A DNA stretch of 64,000 nucleotides, taken from contig JBGTHP010000003.1 of NCBI GenBank assembly GCA_041746105.1, forward strand, positions 78,163-142,162. Direction: 5' to 3'. This DNA comes from Acidimicrobiia bacterium. GTDB taxonomy: Bacteria; Actinomycetota; Acidimicrobiia; Spongiisociales; ZC4RG35. Shown here one piece after another: positions 9,367-19,074 of the stretch (positions are counted from its first letter, which is position 1; each line of letters starts with the position of its first letter). The position numbers and the translations under genes were made by a program. The notes under the pieces are model-generated. The model had not been told where the DNA came from and ran no database searches. It saw only the letters and a list, made by a program, of their open reading frames with translations.

Positions 9367-9831
9367 ATGAAACTAACCGAACAACAAGTCGACTTCGTCG
9401 AACGGATGGGTCGGTTTTGGGAAAGCATTTCCGGCACGAGAACCGCAGGACGAATTCTCGGCTGGCTGATGATCTGCGAGCCGGATCACCAGTCCGCCTC
9501 CGATTTGACCCTGGCCCTCGACATCAGTGGCGGCTCGGTGTCGACACAGATCCGGCTGCTCGAGCAGCTCGGTCTGGTTGAGCGCGTCACGTTCCGGGGA
9601 AATCGCGCGAGCCACTACCGCCTGCCCGATCGCGTCTGGTCTCGGAGAATGGAGCGGGAACTCGACCGGATCATCGAGATGCGCAAGATCACAGAGGCAG
9701 CCGCCGGGGTGGTGCCGGCTAACCGACCAGAACGAGTCACCGAGATGGGGCTGATCGCCGACTTCTTCGCCGACGAATGGCCCCAGCTCATGAATCGCCT
9801 GACCGACCAGATATCAAAGGACAGAGTATGA
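9367..9831 (+). CDS. GbsR/MarR family transcriptional regulator
   Basis: 'FVERMGRFW...GTRTAGRILGWLMICEP..QSASDL...L.ISGGSVST..RLL'. Confidence 0.88.
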   Translation: MKLTEQQVDFVERMGRFWESISGTRTAGRILGWLMICEPDHQSASDLTLALDISGGSVSTQIRLLEQLGLVERVTFRGNRASHYRLPDRVWSRRMERELDRIIEMRKITEAAAGVVPANRPERVTEMGLIADFFADEWPQLMNRLTDQISKDRV

Positions 9832-10742
9832 GTGACGCAGCCATCACGACACAGGGACTGACGAAACATTACGGCAGCGTCGAGGCGCTGGTCGATCTCG
9901 ACCTCGATGTGGCAAAGGGTGAGGTGTTTGGTTTCCTCGGACCCAACGGCTCCGGAAAGACCACGACCATCAGGACCATTCTGGACCTGATCCGCCCAAC
10001 CGCCGGCAGAGCGTGGATTCTGGGCATGGACACCAGGGAGAGGTCGGTCGATTTGCGCAAACACATCGGTTACGTCCCGGGCGACCTCGCCATGTATCCG
10101 AATCTGACCGGTCGCGACACCCTGAAATATTTTGCCAACCTCCGGGGAGGGGTCGATTGGGGTTTCGTGGACCAACTCGCCGAGCGGCTCGACGCCGATC
10201 TCTCGAAAAAGGTGGGCGATTACAGCACCGGGAATCGTCAGAAGGTTGGTGTGATCCAGGCATTCATGAACCGGCCCGACGTTCTGATCATGGACGAACC
10301 GAGCACAGGACTCGACCCTTTGATGCAGCGTGAGTTTCAGGTCATGATGCGCGAAGTCGCCTCAGAAGGCCGCACGGTGTTCCTGTCGAGCCACACTCTT
10401 TCTGAGGTGCAACGTGTCGCTGATCGGGTTGGTGTGATCCGCCACGGGCGTCTGGTCGATGTCGAGACCGTCCAGAGTCTGCGGTCGAAAGCGATCCGAC
10501 GTGTGGAATTCGCATTCGATGGCCCGGTCGAGGCGTCGGTTTTCACGTCCGTGCCAGGGGTTCGCGACGTCGAGGTGCGCAACCACTCCGCCCTCATGTC
10601 ATTTGACGGGCACATGGACGTTCTTCTCAAAGCCGTGACGGAGCGATATCACATTCTCGACATCAACAGCCAGGAGGCCGATCTCGAGGAGATCTTTCTC
10701 ACCTACTACCGGGATCCGGACACCGAGTTGGCAGGTGCATGA
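9828..10742 (+). CDS. ABC-2 type transporter ATP-binding protein
   Basis: Walker A GPNGSGKTT, signature YSTGNRQK, Walker B IMDEP, SSH; ATGA overlap with the regulator. Confidence 0.93.
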   Translation: MSDAAITTQGLTKHYGSVEALVDLDLDVAKGEVFGFLGPNGSGKTTTIRTILDLIRPTAGRAWILGMDTRERSVDLRKHIGYVPGDLAMYPNLTGRDTLKYFANLRGGVDWGFVDQLAERLDADLSKKVGDYSTGNRQKVGVIQAFMNRPDVLIMDEPSTGLDPLMQREFQVMMREVASEGRTVFLSSHTLSEVQRVADRVGVIRHGRLVDVETVQSLRSKAIRRVEFAFDGPVEASVFTSVPGVRDVEVRNHSALMSFDGHMDVLLKAVTERYHILDINSQEADLEEIFLTYYRDPDTELAGA

Positions 10743-12388
10743 TGCTGGCCAACGTCTTCACCAAAACGAGCAGGGATCGATTTACCGGTTTCATGATCGG
10801 CACCGTGGGCGTGGCGCTGATGCTCGTCTTCGGGTTGTACGTCTACCGCGACATCGACATCTCGTTCTACTACGAACTTGGTCCCGAGATCCTGGACCTC
10901 ATGGGTATACCCCAGGAGGGCGATGTCGCCGGCCTCGGATTTGGTGCGATGTACAACCTGATGGGGGCTTTGACGCTGGCCGGTCTTGCGATATCGATGG
11001 GAGCTTCTGCGATCGCCGGCGAAGAGGCGGGCGGAACTTTGGGTCTGCTGCTCGCCAATCCTCGTAGCCGAAGCCAGTTGCTGTTCTCCAAGGCAGGGTC
11101 GATGGTGGCTCTGGTCGGGTTGGCCTCCCTGGCGTTGTGGGGGGCTGGTGTGGCCGTGCCGTCAATGCTTCAGATCAATATGACCGGCGTCCATGTCGCC
11201 GCTGTCATTCTGTACCTCTTCGTCAACTCTCTGTTCTACGGAATGCTGGCGCTCGCGATCGGGGCCTGGACCGGACGAAGAACCCTCGCGTCCGGAACCG
11301 CGGTGGCGGTGATGATGGTGTCCTATCTCGCGGCCGGGATCCTCCCACTGGTTGAGAGCCTGAAGGGTCTCGCTCGAATCTTTCCGTGGTATTACTTCAG
11401 TGGCAACCAACCGGTCGTCAACGGAGCCGCCGCGTCCGATATCGCAGTCCTCGGTGGGGCGGCGGCCGGTTTCCTTGTTCTGTCCTACGTGGGTGTGAAC
11501 CGTCGTGACCTGAGAGGCCAGAGCATCGGCGTCACGACGCTCGACCGGCTGCGAGCGCACCCTCTGACGAAGAGGGCGATGGAGAAAATCGCCGGCTCGG
11601 CTCGGGTTTCGAGCATCGCCGTCAAGTCGGCCTCCGACCACCAGGGTTTGCTTGTGATCACCGCGGCGATCATGTTCTACATGGGTCTGATGATCGGACC
11701 GATCTATGGATTGATCCCGGACTCCTTCACCGAGTTCGTCAAAGACTTCCCTGACGCCATGTTGGCGATGATCGGGTCTGCCGACATGTCCACGCCCGCC
11801 GGTTTCTTCCAAGCGGAGATCTTTTCCTTGGTAGGCCCAATCACATTTGTCGTGTTGACGGCTCTCCTCGGTTCCCGGGCGCTGGCGGGGGAGGAGGAAG
11901 ACCGGACGATGGATCTCCTGCTCACCAATCCGGTCAGCCGCACCAGAGTTCTGATCGAAAAGGCCCTCGCCATGGTGGCGTACGCCGTTCTGTTGGGACT
12001 TGTCACATTTGTTGGCACCTGGGCGGGAGTCGCCGTCGGGGGCGTGGACCTCTCGGTCACGAATATCGCAGCCACGACCGTGCTGCTCACGCTGCTCGGC
12101 TTGGTGCTGGGCGGAGTGGCGCTATTGGTCGGCGCCGCCACCGGACGTTCGCGGGTGGCCGCTTACAGCGCCACCGGGACAACCGTGGTGGCGTATTTCA
12201 TGTTTGCGTTTCTTCCGCTATCAGAGAGTTTTGCCTCGTTGGCGCGATGGTCACCCTTTCACTACTACCTGGGCAGTGACCCGTTGGTGAACGGGATGAA
12301 CTGGGGTCACGCATCGGTCCTGCTGATGATGTTCGTAATCCTGGTCGGAGTGGCGATTCCGCTCTTCGGACGACGCGATCTTCGCTGA
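10739..12388 (+). CDS. ABC-2 permease, internally duplicated (two fused permease units)
   Basis: Repeated 'AGEE..GTLGLLLANPRSR' / 'AGEEEDRTMDLLLTNPVSR' and two 'RRDLR' ends. Confidence 0.9.
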   Translation: MMLANVFTKTSRDRFTGFMIGTVGVALMLVFGLYVYRDIDISFYYELGPEILDLMGIPQEGDVAGLGFGAMYNLMGALTLAGLAISMGASAIAGEEAGGTLGLLLANPRSRSQLLFSKAGSMVALVGLASLALWGAGVAVPSMLQINMTGVHVAAVILYLFVNSLFYGMLALAIGAWTGRRTLASGTAVAVMMVSYLAAGILPLVESLKGLARIFPWYYFSGNQPVVNGAAASDIAVLGGAAAGFLVLSYVGVNRRDLRGQSIGVTTLDRLRAHPLTKRAMEKIAGSARVSSIAVKSASDHQGLLVITAAIMFYMGLMIGPIYGLIPDSFTEFVKDFPDAMLAMIGSADMSTPAGFFQAEIFSLVGPITFVVLTALLGSRALAGEEEDRTMDLLLTNPVSRTRVLIEKALAMVAYAVLLGLVTFVGTWAGVAVGGVDLSVTNIAATTVLLTLLGLVLGGVALLVGAATGRSRVAAYSATGTTVVAYFMFAFLPLSESFASLARWSPFHYYLGSDPLVNGMNWGHASVLLMMFVILVGVAIPLFGRRDLR

Positions 12389-12488
12389 GCGCAACCTCTA
12401 GCAATGTGCCGCCGGGAACGCGGACGTTTCTCTCGGCCATCGTGCTCCTGGCGTAGGTAGGCTTCCGGACGACCCCTGGGAGGTTGCT

Positions 12489-12926
12489 GTGAGCACCGTA
12501 TGGCGCTGGGCAGATCGCTTGCTGGTCGTCCACCCCATTATTTGGGGACTGCTGGTGGGGGCGGCGATCTGGTTCGTGACCAGATCTCTCGGTGACGCGT
12601 CCGGTGGCTGTGTCGGCTGCTGGATCGACTCGGTCGGCGGTTCGGACGAGGCTGCCGCGATCGGGGCCGCGGGCGCTTCGATCGGAGGCAAAGTCGTCAA
12701 GGATGCCATCGACAAAAAGGTCGGTGGACCAATCACATCGCTGAAAGACATGTACGACATTGCTTCTCAGGACACACCGGAGAAACAAGCAGAAAAGGCG
12801 TTTGAGGTCTACAAGAACACCATCATGACCGACAATGCTCCTCCCGACAGCCCAGGAGGACAGCTCAACGCGGCGATGGACCGGTTCCTCGACTTCGCCA
12901 CCGGCAAGATCGATCTCGATGATTGA
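12489..12926 (+). CDS. Hypothetical membrane-anchored protein (one TM, CxxC, Gly/Ala-rich segment)
   Basis: GGAGG RBS before GTG; TM 'IIWGLLVGAAIWFV'; 'CVGC'; overlaps the prsW start. Confidence 0.7.
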   Translation: MSTVWRWADRLLVVHPIIWGLLVGAAIWFVTRSLGDASGGCVGCWIDSVGGSDEAAAIGAAGASIGGKVVKDAIDKKVGGPITSLKDMYDIASQDTPEKQAEKAFEVYKNTIMTDNAPPDSPGGQLNAAMDRFLDFATGKIDLDD

Positions 12927-14199
12927 GTCGGTGGGTTCTTCGAGTCCCGTGCGTCGTATTCTCGACAAGGGCCCGGTCTCGTTGGTCTTGTGGGCAGTTG
13001 GTCTTGCTGCGTGGATCTATTTGGTGATTGCCACAAGTGGTCGGCTTCTCCAGGTGACTGTGTGGTCCGTTCCTTTCTTCCTGATGTTGGTAGGGCTTTC
13101 GCTTCCCTGGCGAACGGTTTCCTGGCGCACAGCAGCCGGCTTTTTCCTCCTTGGAATGGGCCCGGTGTTTGTGCTGGTTGCTCTGTCGCAGGTAGCGCTC
13201 TCTCCGCTCGATGGCTGGGTCCGTGGGGTGCTGGGGGGGCTCGGCGTGAACTACATCCGTCGTGACATTTGGGCACCGCTGACCGAGGAGTTTTTCAAGA
13301 TCATGCCTTTGCTGGTCTTGGTCCGCTGGCGAGGGAGTGGTTTCAAGGATCTGGCGGGGCCGCTCGACTATGCAGTTGTGGCCGGGGCCACCGGCGTCGG
13401 GATGGGCTTTGCAGAAGACATCTTGGTGATGATCGGTGGCGGGCTTGCGGGTCCACCGAGTGGCGCTTTCGGCCTCGGTCTGGGACGTTTTTATCAGGCC
13501 ATGGTGGGGGCGGAGTCGTCTGGCTTTTTGCTCTCCGGGCGCTCGAAGTTCGCCGACGTCGGGAGTTTTCTGTTCCCGGAGATGCAGGAGTTCTACGGTG
13601 TCATATGGATTGGACACGGGGCTTTGGCCATGGGTATCGGTATTGCCTGCGGGCTCGCCGTCTGGCAGGTTCGGCGCTCGGGCAAGCGGATCTTCTACCT
13701 GATCCCTGTCGGGGTCTATGCCTGGGCAGTGTTCGAACACATGATGACGAACTGGTATGGCGGGGGAGGTTGCGGCCGCGATTCGTCTCCGTTGTGCCTG
13801 CTCGCTTCGTTAGATTTCCGAGGCAGGTTGTTCCCGCTCGCGGTGATTCTGGGCTGGGCTTTTGCGATCTATCTGTCTCGCAACGCGATCAAAGAACACC
13901 GGGTCGCCGACCCGCTGCTGGCTCGCAAGCCGAGCTGGTCCGGTCGTGTCGATGGTCCGCTCTGGCGGCGTTTTTTCGGTCGGATCCGCGATCAATTCGA
14001 AGTCCGGCGATGGCGGCGGAGAACGGCATTCGGCGCATTCCATCTGGAGAACTCAGGCCGGCTCCGCCCTGGCCAAGACTGGGCGGTTCTCGCCAGTCGC
14101 ACCAGAACCCTCATCTTGTACCAGCGGCTGGCCGGGGAGCCGACGGTGGTACCGGCGTCGGTCGAGGCCGCGCTGGAGGCGCTGGTACCGCTGGACTGA
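12919..14199 (+). CDS. PrsW family intramembrane glutamic/metallo protease
   Basis: 'APLTEEFFK' EExxK motif, 'GVGMGFAED', two conserved His ('WIGH', 'FEHMMTN'), multiple TMs. Confidence 0.85.
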   Translation: MIESVGSSSPVRRILDKGPVSLVLWAVGLAAWIYLVIATSGRLLQVTVWSVPFFLMLVGLSLPWRTVSWRTAAGFFLLGMGPVFVLVALSQVALSPLDGWVRGVLGGLGVNYIRRDIWAPLTEEFFKIMPLLVLVRWRGSGFKDLAGPLDYAVVAGATGVGMGFAEDILVMIGGGLAGPPSGAFGLGLGRFYQAMVGAESSGFLLSGRSKFADVGSFLFPEMQEFYGVIWIGHGALAMGIGIACGLAVWQVRRSGKRIFYLIPVGVYAWAVFEHMMTNWYGGGGCGRDSSPLCLLASLDFRGRLFPLAVILGWAFAIYLSRNAIKEHRVADPLLARKPSWSGRVDGPLWRRFFGRIRDQFEVRRWRRRTAFGAFHLENSGRLRPGQDWAVLASRTRTLILYQRLAGEPTVVPASVEAALEALVPLD

Positions 14200-14295
14200 G
14201 CCTCTGTCGGGCCGGCACACCCCGGTGGCCGTTCAAGGAGCAATCTCGTCGGGACCGGTAGGGTTGGTACCTGGAATTGAAGTGAGGGAGGATGG

Positions 14296-14649
14296 ATGAA
14301 CGAAACTTTGAGACCGGTCGAGCGCAGAGTTCTGGCGATGGCGGGCCAAGGCCACGATTCCGGCGAGATCGCCCGGCGACTGAAGTGTTCTCCTGGTCAT
14401 GTCGAACGAATGATGGCCTGGACCAAGCTACCGAGGAACGGCTCACCCGCCAGGACGTTCCCGCGACCGCTCGAACGGCGAGTGTTGGCGCTGCGAGCAG
14501 AGGGAGTGGACTATGAGGAGATCGGGTCTCGCTTCAACAAGAGCCCTGGGTTCATCCGACGAGTTGATGGTCTTGCTCATTATCAGATGGCGCTGGCTTT
14601 GCTGACCGAACCTGATTCGAACAACCTTGCAAGGAGTGCTGTCACGTGA
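14296..14649 (+). CDS. Small protein with two tandem HTH (sigma region-4/LuxR-like) repeats
   Basis: 'RPVERRVLAM..QG....EIARRL..SPG' repeated as 'RPLERRVLAL..EG....EIGSRF..SPG'; GGAGG RBS. Confidence 0.78.
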   Translation: MNETLRPVERRVLAMAGQGHDSGEIARRLKCSPGHVERMMAWTKLPRNGSPARTFPRPLERRVLALRAEGVDYEEIGSRFNKSPGFIRRVDGLAHYQMALALLTEPDSNNLARSAVT

Positions 14650-14966
14650 AAACCACAAAGTTGATGGTCTGGATCGATCAGGATCTGTGCACCGGGGACG
14701 GGATATGTGAAGAGATCGCTCCGGATGTTTTTGTGGGGCGAGACGATGGTTTGTGGGTGGTCAAAGAGGAAGCTTCTCATTTCGAGAAGTCGATCGTGTT
14801 CGATGCGTTGGAAGGCGACGGCCACGGGCCGGAGGGGGCACGAGGCGTGGCCCGCGTGCCCGACGCTCAGATCGACGTCGTGATCGAGGCAGCCGAGGAG
14901 TGTCCGGGTGAGTGCATCATGATCGAGCCCTACAACCCGGCGGCGATGAGCGAGCGAGGCGCCTAG
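14646..14966 (+). CDS. Monocluster ferredoxin (CxxDxxC...CP)
   Basis: 'WIDQDLCTGDGICEEIAPDVF' and 'AAEECPGECI'. Confidence 0.92.
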   Translation: MKTTKLMVWIDQDLCTGDGICEEIAPDVFVGRDDGLWVVKEEASHFEKSIVFDALEGDGHGPEGARGVARVPDAQIDVVIEAAEECPGECIMIEPYNPAAMSERGA

Positions 14967-14976
14967 CCGCCCTGTC

Positions 14977-17900
14977 TCAAAGCAGGGCTGCGGCCTCGAC
15001 CCGGCAGACGCCAACCGGTCGCAATGCGGCCTCAGGGCCTTCATCGAACAAGATTGCCCAGTGCCTCGTTTCGTCGCTAACGACTTGTGCATGAAAGTTG
15101 CGGAACTCTATCGGGATTTCAGGCCGTGGTCCGCGAGGCTCCAGACGGCCGAAAGCCTCTATCAGTTCCATGCTCTCGCCCGAGCCTCGATCCATGATCT
15201 GGTTGATAACTGCGTCGATCTGGCCCTGAGGCACAACCTGCATTTCGTCACCGAGTACGAGATAAAAGCCTCGGTCCGATATGAGAGGAGCGATCGGCCG
15301 GTCCTGGGAGATGTCCTCGGCCACCGATTGGGCCATAACCCTCATCTCATTGCGTCGGTCGTCGGTATTCGAGGCCGAAGTGAGATAACGAGCCTCAACC
15401 CACGCGTCTCCGTTCGGGGTGGCGATTTCAATCCATAATGTCCCGTTCATCATTACCGAGTTTCCAGTGCCAGAGATACCGGTCGTGCCGGGCTCGAGGG
15501 TGTGGATCGCGCCATAGTGATGGTCCGGTCCGGACAAAGCGGGCAACCTGTCGTGGGGTCCGACCAAAACAACCGCCCAGGTCGTCTTCCGCTCGGAGGG
15601 CAGCGCTACTGGACGGATTGCCATCAGAAACGGACGTCTTAGCGTCAGCAACAACGTGACTAGAGAGACCAGGACGAACAGAATCAGCGGAGTCCTGACA
15701 GCCCATGTCGCGGCAAGAATCTCGGAGCCGATGAGGCCGAAGAATGAGATGCCGAAGAAGACCCGTTCCTCATCGCCGATCGATCCCGACCCGCCCGATC
15801 CGCCTTGGTCGACCGATGAACCAATGTCGAGGATTCTGACCGATACCGTCTCGCCGTCGATGACGACCTCGATCACGATCAACCCCGCCCCGACTGCTCC
15901 GTGCTCGTCGGTGACGTATAGCCGGATCGTGTCTTTGCCTTGAAAGCCATCCTCAGGGACGTAGACGATCGAACCATCTTCGATGGTGGCGGTCCCGTGA
16001 CCGGGTTGGGTTATCCGGATAGTGAAGCTGTCGCCCTCCATGTCGACGATCTCTGGAATCGGGATTTCGATCCAGTCGCCGGAGGACACGGTCGTGGAGT
16101 CGGATCCCGCCTCGATCCTCGGTGCATCATTCACCGGGGCGACGCTGAATGTCACTGTTGCGGTTGCGCTTCCACCGCGACCGTCGCTGATTCGGTAGGT
16201 GGCGCTGTCTGTGCCATTCCAGTCCGGGTCGGGTACGAACCAGAGGCCACCGGCCGTGTCGATGGTCCCATTCGATGGCAGGGTCAGCCATATCAGTGTG
16301 AGTGGATCCCCGTCCAAGTCGAAGTCGTTGGCCAGAGGCGCAAAGGCAACTTTTTGGTCTTCCAACCCTGAAACCTGGTCGTCAATGGCGCGTGGTGGCC
16401 TGTTGATCGGTGGCACCGGTGCCACCTGGGGGCCCGCCAAGATGGTCACGTTGATCGATGCGGTCGATCGGAGACCTCCGCTGTCGGTGACGGTCACAGT
16501 GAATCCGATGGTCATACCCGCATGAGCGCCGAGGCCCGACGCCACCGTCAGGCGACCGGTTGCGTCGATCTGGAACAGGCCCGTCCCGGAAAGCGAGAAG
16601 GTGATGGGGTTTTGGTCGGGGTCGCCGGCTGCGATCACACCCAGCAACTGTCCGATCTGGGCGGCGGAGGCGATGGTGAACGCCTGTCCGGTCACGACCG
16701 GCGGAGAGTTGACCGCGGAGATCGTGACGGTGACAGGGGCAGAAGCGCTGGAGCCTGACGAATCGGTGACTGTGGCCGTAGCTCGCAAGACCTCACCTCG
16801 GTTGACTTGTCCGACAAGGGTGACGGTGCCGGTTCCGGCGTTGATGGATAGGCGCGGGTCTCCGCTGAGGCCAAACGTCACCGGACCATCGGGATCTGAT
16901 GCCGAAACAGTTCCCAGCACCGTCCCACTGGTTGTCGTTTCCGGGACCGTGACTGTGAATGGCTGAATCACCGGAGGGTTGTTGGTGGGAACGACAATGG
17001 CAGCGACCACGTTCATGGAAGCGGTGGCGGTGTCGCTGAGCGAACCGTCGGTGATGGTGTACGTGAAGGTGTCCGGCCCCGCGAATCCGGGATTGGGTGT
17101 ATACGTGACCGTGGTGCCGTTGGTCGTCACACCGCCATTGGCTCCCTGGGTCACCGACTGAATGGTCAGCGGGTCGCCGTTGGGGTCAGAGTCGTTGGAT
17201 AAAACGGCAATCGTTCTGGCGAGGCCTTGACCCGTCGATGCATTGTCGTCGACTGCAACGGGGGCAGAGTTGCCCGATGCCGCAACCACAGCCAGTGAAA
17301 ACTCAGAAGTCGCCCCAAAGGTGCCCGCTCCCAGGTCCATAGTGGCAGTTGCGGTGATGGTGTCGCCGGGGTTGCCTGACATGATCGCGACCAGCCCCGA
17401 GCCGGCGGTTGCCGTCACGCCAGACAGGAACGAACCGCCTTCTCCGTGTCCGCTCGGGTCTGCGGCGGCCGAAGAAAAGAACTCAACCCGGTAGTTTCCG
17501 GGCGGAACGTCGAGATCAAAGGTCGCCGTCATCGTCCCGCCCCAGGCAAATGCCGAGGTGATGGCAGGGAAGTTGAGCAGGTCATTGGCGCCGGAGTCGG
17601 CGTCACCGGGGTCATTGGTGTTGACTCCGTTGATGCCGAGGTCGATGCCAAGGCCTCCGTTCGAGTAGATCGAGTTACCGAGGATCGAGTTGCCCGATGC
17701 CGTCGTTGCTTCGAGATGGATACCGTCGCCGATATTGAAGGCGATCACGTTCCGATCGCTCGGTGACAGGCCGCCGATTCGAGTGCCAGACACCAGGTCG
17801 TGGATCCGGATTCCGGGTCCTCCGTTTGGCATTGCCGTGACCCCGTCGGGAGCGACACCGATCGAGTTGCCAACAACGACGGTGTTGTGGCTGGCCAGGC

Positions 17901-19074
17901 GGATGAGGAGGCCGGCGTTCCTGCTGCTGACGACCACGTTCGAGTCGACGACGTTGCCGGTTGAATCGCTCGTGATGAGGATGCCGACGTCATTGTTTCC
18001 GCGGGCCGTCCCGGCGGCATCGAGTCCGACCCAGTTCCCGACGAGCGTGTTGTTGTCGCCGTATCCGCTGACTCCTGCGATTTCGAGGCCGTCGTCGGGG
18101 AAACTGTGGACGATGAAGCCGGCGATCGTGCTGTTGCTCGTGTGCAAGAGGAGGCCTGCAGTTGAACCGATTGCGCCGATGCCGTCGAGTTGGATGACCG
18201 GGTTCCCGGAGTAGCCGGGTTGCGTGGTGGCGTCGACGTCTACCGGTTCCGTCATGGCGGCATACCCGGAAGCCGGAGTAAAGGTCCAGATTCCACCGAC
18301 GTGGCCGGGGTCGCTCGTCGGAATGTCGAAGTGGATCGTGTCGGTGCCGGGCCAGGCGTTTGCCTCTTGGATCGCGGCGCGGAGGGTGCACTGTCCGGTG
18401 ATCGCGGTTTCACACAGTCCGTCCCCGCGGTTGGCGTCTCCGCTGTCGGAGGTCGAGTTGACGATCAGCGCATCCTCGACCTCGATTCGAATGTCATCGA
18501 GTCTGAGGGCGCCTGCCCCAGAAGTTGTCGTCGCGAATCGAATCTGGGTGGTAGCCGACCGAAAAGTCGAAATATCGATCGACTCGGTTCCATATACGTC
18601 GGCCGTCGAGTAGGTGCGCAAGGTCGTCCAACCAAGGCCACCGTTGTCGGAAAGCTGCAGTTCCACGACGCCTGCTGTGATCTCGTTGTGGAATTGGTAC
18701 GAGAGGGTGGTGGCTCCGGCCGCCTGGAGGTCGGCCTGGCGAGCCACCGATTGCCCGGAGTTATCTGGAATCACCACAAGGGCAAAGGTGTTGGCGGTTG
18801 GGTTCATGGCGTGGGCTTCGACGACGATGCTGCCGGTGGATGGGCTTCCATCGTCCCCGGTTTCGGTCCATGGGTTGACGGTCCAGTCGACGGTCCCGTC
18901 GCTGCCGGTGTATGAACTCGATGAAAACACGTCGAGATATGGTGTGGTCGGGGCGGCCCATGCCCTTTGTTCGAAGCCGATGGGGGCGACACTGAGCGCG
19001 ATCGTCATTGCGAGACCGAGGTAGAAGCAACGACTGGGGCGCCGCTGGATCGTGGGAACCAGCGCTCCGGTCAT
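14977..19074 (-). CDS. Large surface protein/adhesin: signal peptide, CSLREA-type motif, parallel beta-helix, Ig/cadherin-like repeats, TM, C-terminal SH3-like domain
   Basis: 'VNSTSD..D...GDGLC......CTLRAAIQEAN', 'GN.IG' beta-helix repeats, 'N.APVAVDD', 'L.ND.DP.GD.L', 'Y.P..GF.G.D.F.Y' repeats, hydrophobic segment ending LRR. Confidence 0.88.
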   Translation of the reverse strand: MTGALVPTIQRRPSRCFYLGLAMTIALSVAPIGFEQRAWAAPTTPYLDVFSSSSYTGSDGTVDWTVNPWTETGDDGSPSTGSIVVEAHAMNPTANTFALVVIPDNSGQSVARQADLQAAGATTLSYQFHNEITAGVVELQLSDNGGLGWTTLRTYSTADVYGTESIDISTFRSATTQIRFATTTSGAGALRLDDIRIEVEDALIVNSTSDSGDANRGDGLCETAITGQCTLRAAIQEANAWPGTDTIHFDIPTSDPGHVGGIWTFTPASGYAAMTEPVDVDATTQPGYSGNPVIQLDGIGAIGSTAGLLLHTSNSTIAGFIVHSFPDDGLEIAGVSGYGDNNTLVGNWVGLDAAGTARGNNDVGILITSDSTGNVVDSNVVVSSRNAGLLIRLASHNTVVVGNSIGVAPDGVTAMPNGGPGIRIHDLVSGTRIGGLSPSDRNVIAFNIGDGIHLEATTASGNSILGNSIYSNGGLGIDLGINGVNTNDPGDADSGANDLLNFPAITSAFAWGGTMTATFDLDVPPGNYRVEFFSSAAADPSGHGEGGSFLSGVTATAGSGLVAIMSGNPGDTITATATMDLGAGTFGATSEFSLAVVAASGNSAPVAVDDNASTGQGLARTIAVLSNDSDPNGDPLTIQSVTQGANGGVTTNGTTVTYTPNPGFAGPDTFTYTITDGSLSDTATASMNVVAAIVVPTNNPPVIQPFTVTVPETTTSGTVLGTVSASDPDGPVTFGLSGDPRLSINAGTGTVTLVGQVNRGEVLRATATVTDSSGSSASAPVTVTISAVNSPPVVTGQAFTIASAAQIGQLLGVIAAGDPDQNPITFSLSGTGLFQIDATGRLTVASGLGAHAGMTIGFTVTVTDSGGLRSTASINVTILAGPQVAPVPPINRPPRAIDDQVSGLEDQKVAFAPLANDFDLDGDPLTLIWLTLPSNGTIDTAGGLWFVPDPDWNGTDSATYRISDGRGGSATATVTFSVAPVNDAPRIEAGSDSTTVSSGDWIEIPIPEIVDMEGDSFTIRITQPGHGTATIEDGSIVYVPEDGFQGKDTIRLYVTDEHGAVGAGLIVIEVVIDGETVSVRILDIGSSVDQGGSGGSGSIGDEERVFFGISFFGLIGSEILAATWAVRTPLILFVLVSLVTLLLTLRRPFLMAIRPVALPSERKTTWAVVLVGPHDRLPALSGPDHHYGAIHTLEPGTTGISGTGNSVMMNGTLWIEIATPNGDAWVEARYLTSASNTDDRRNEMRVMAQSVAEDISQDRPIAPLISDRGFYLVLGDEMQVVPQGQIDAVINQIMDRGSGESMELIEAFGRLEPRGPRPEIPIEFRNFHAQVVSDETRHWAILFDEGPEAALRPVGVCRVEAAALL

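Noticed and set aside
13269-14261. 330-aa alternative-frame ORF, and similar ones (39165-40229, 48399-49433, 32750-33691)
   Set aside because: Off-frame or antisense shadows of well-supported genes, mostly Arg/Gly/Pro-rich; expected at high GC
15800-17280. Repeats inside the adhesin as a DNA repeat array or CRISPR
   Set aside because: Degenerate protein-level Ig/cadherin repeats only; no identical nucleotide repeats with spacers and no cas genes
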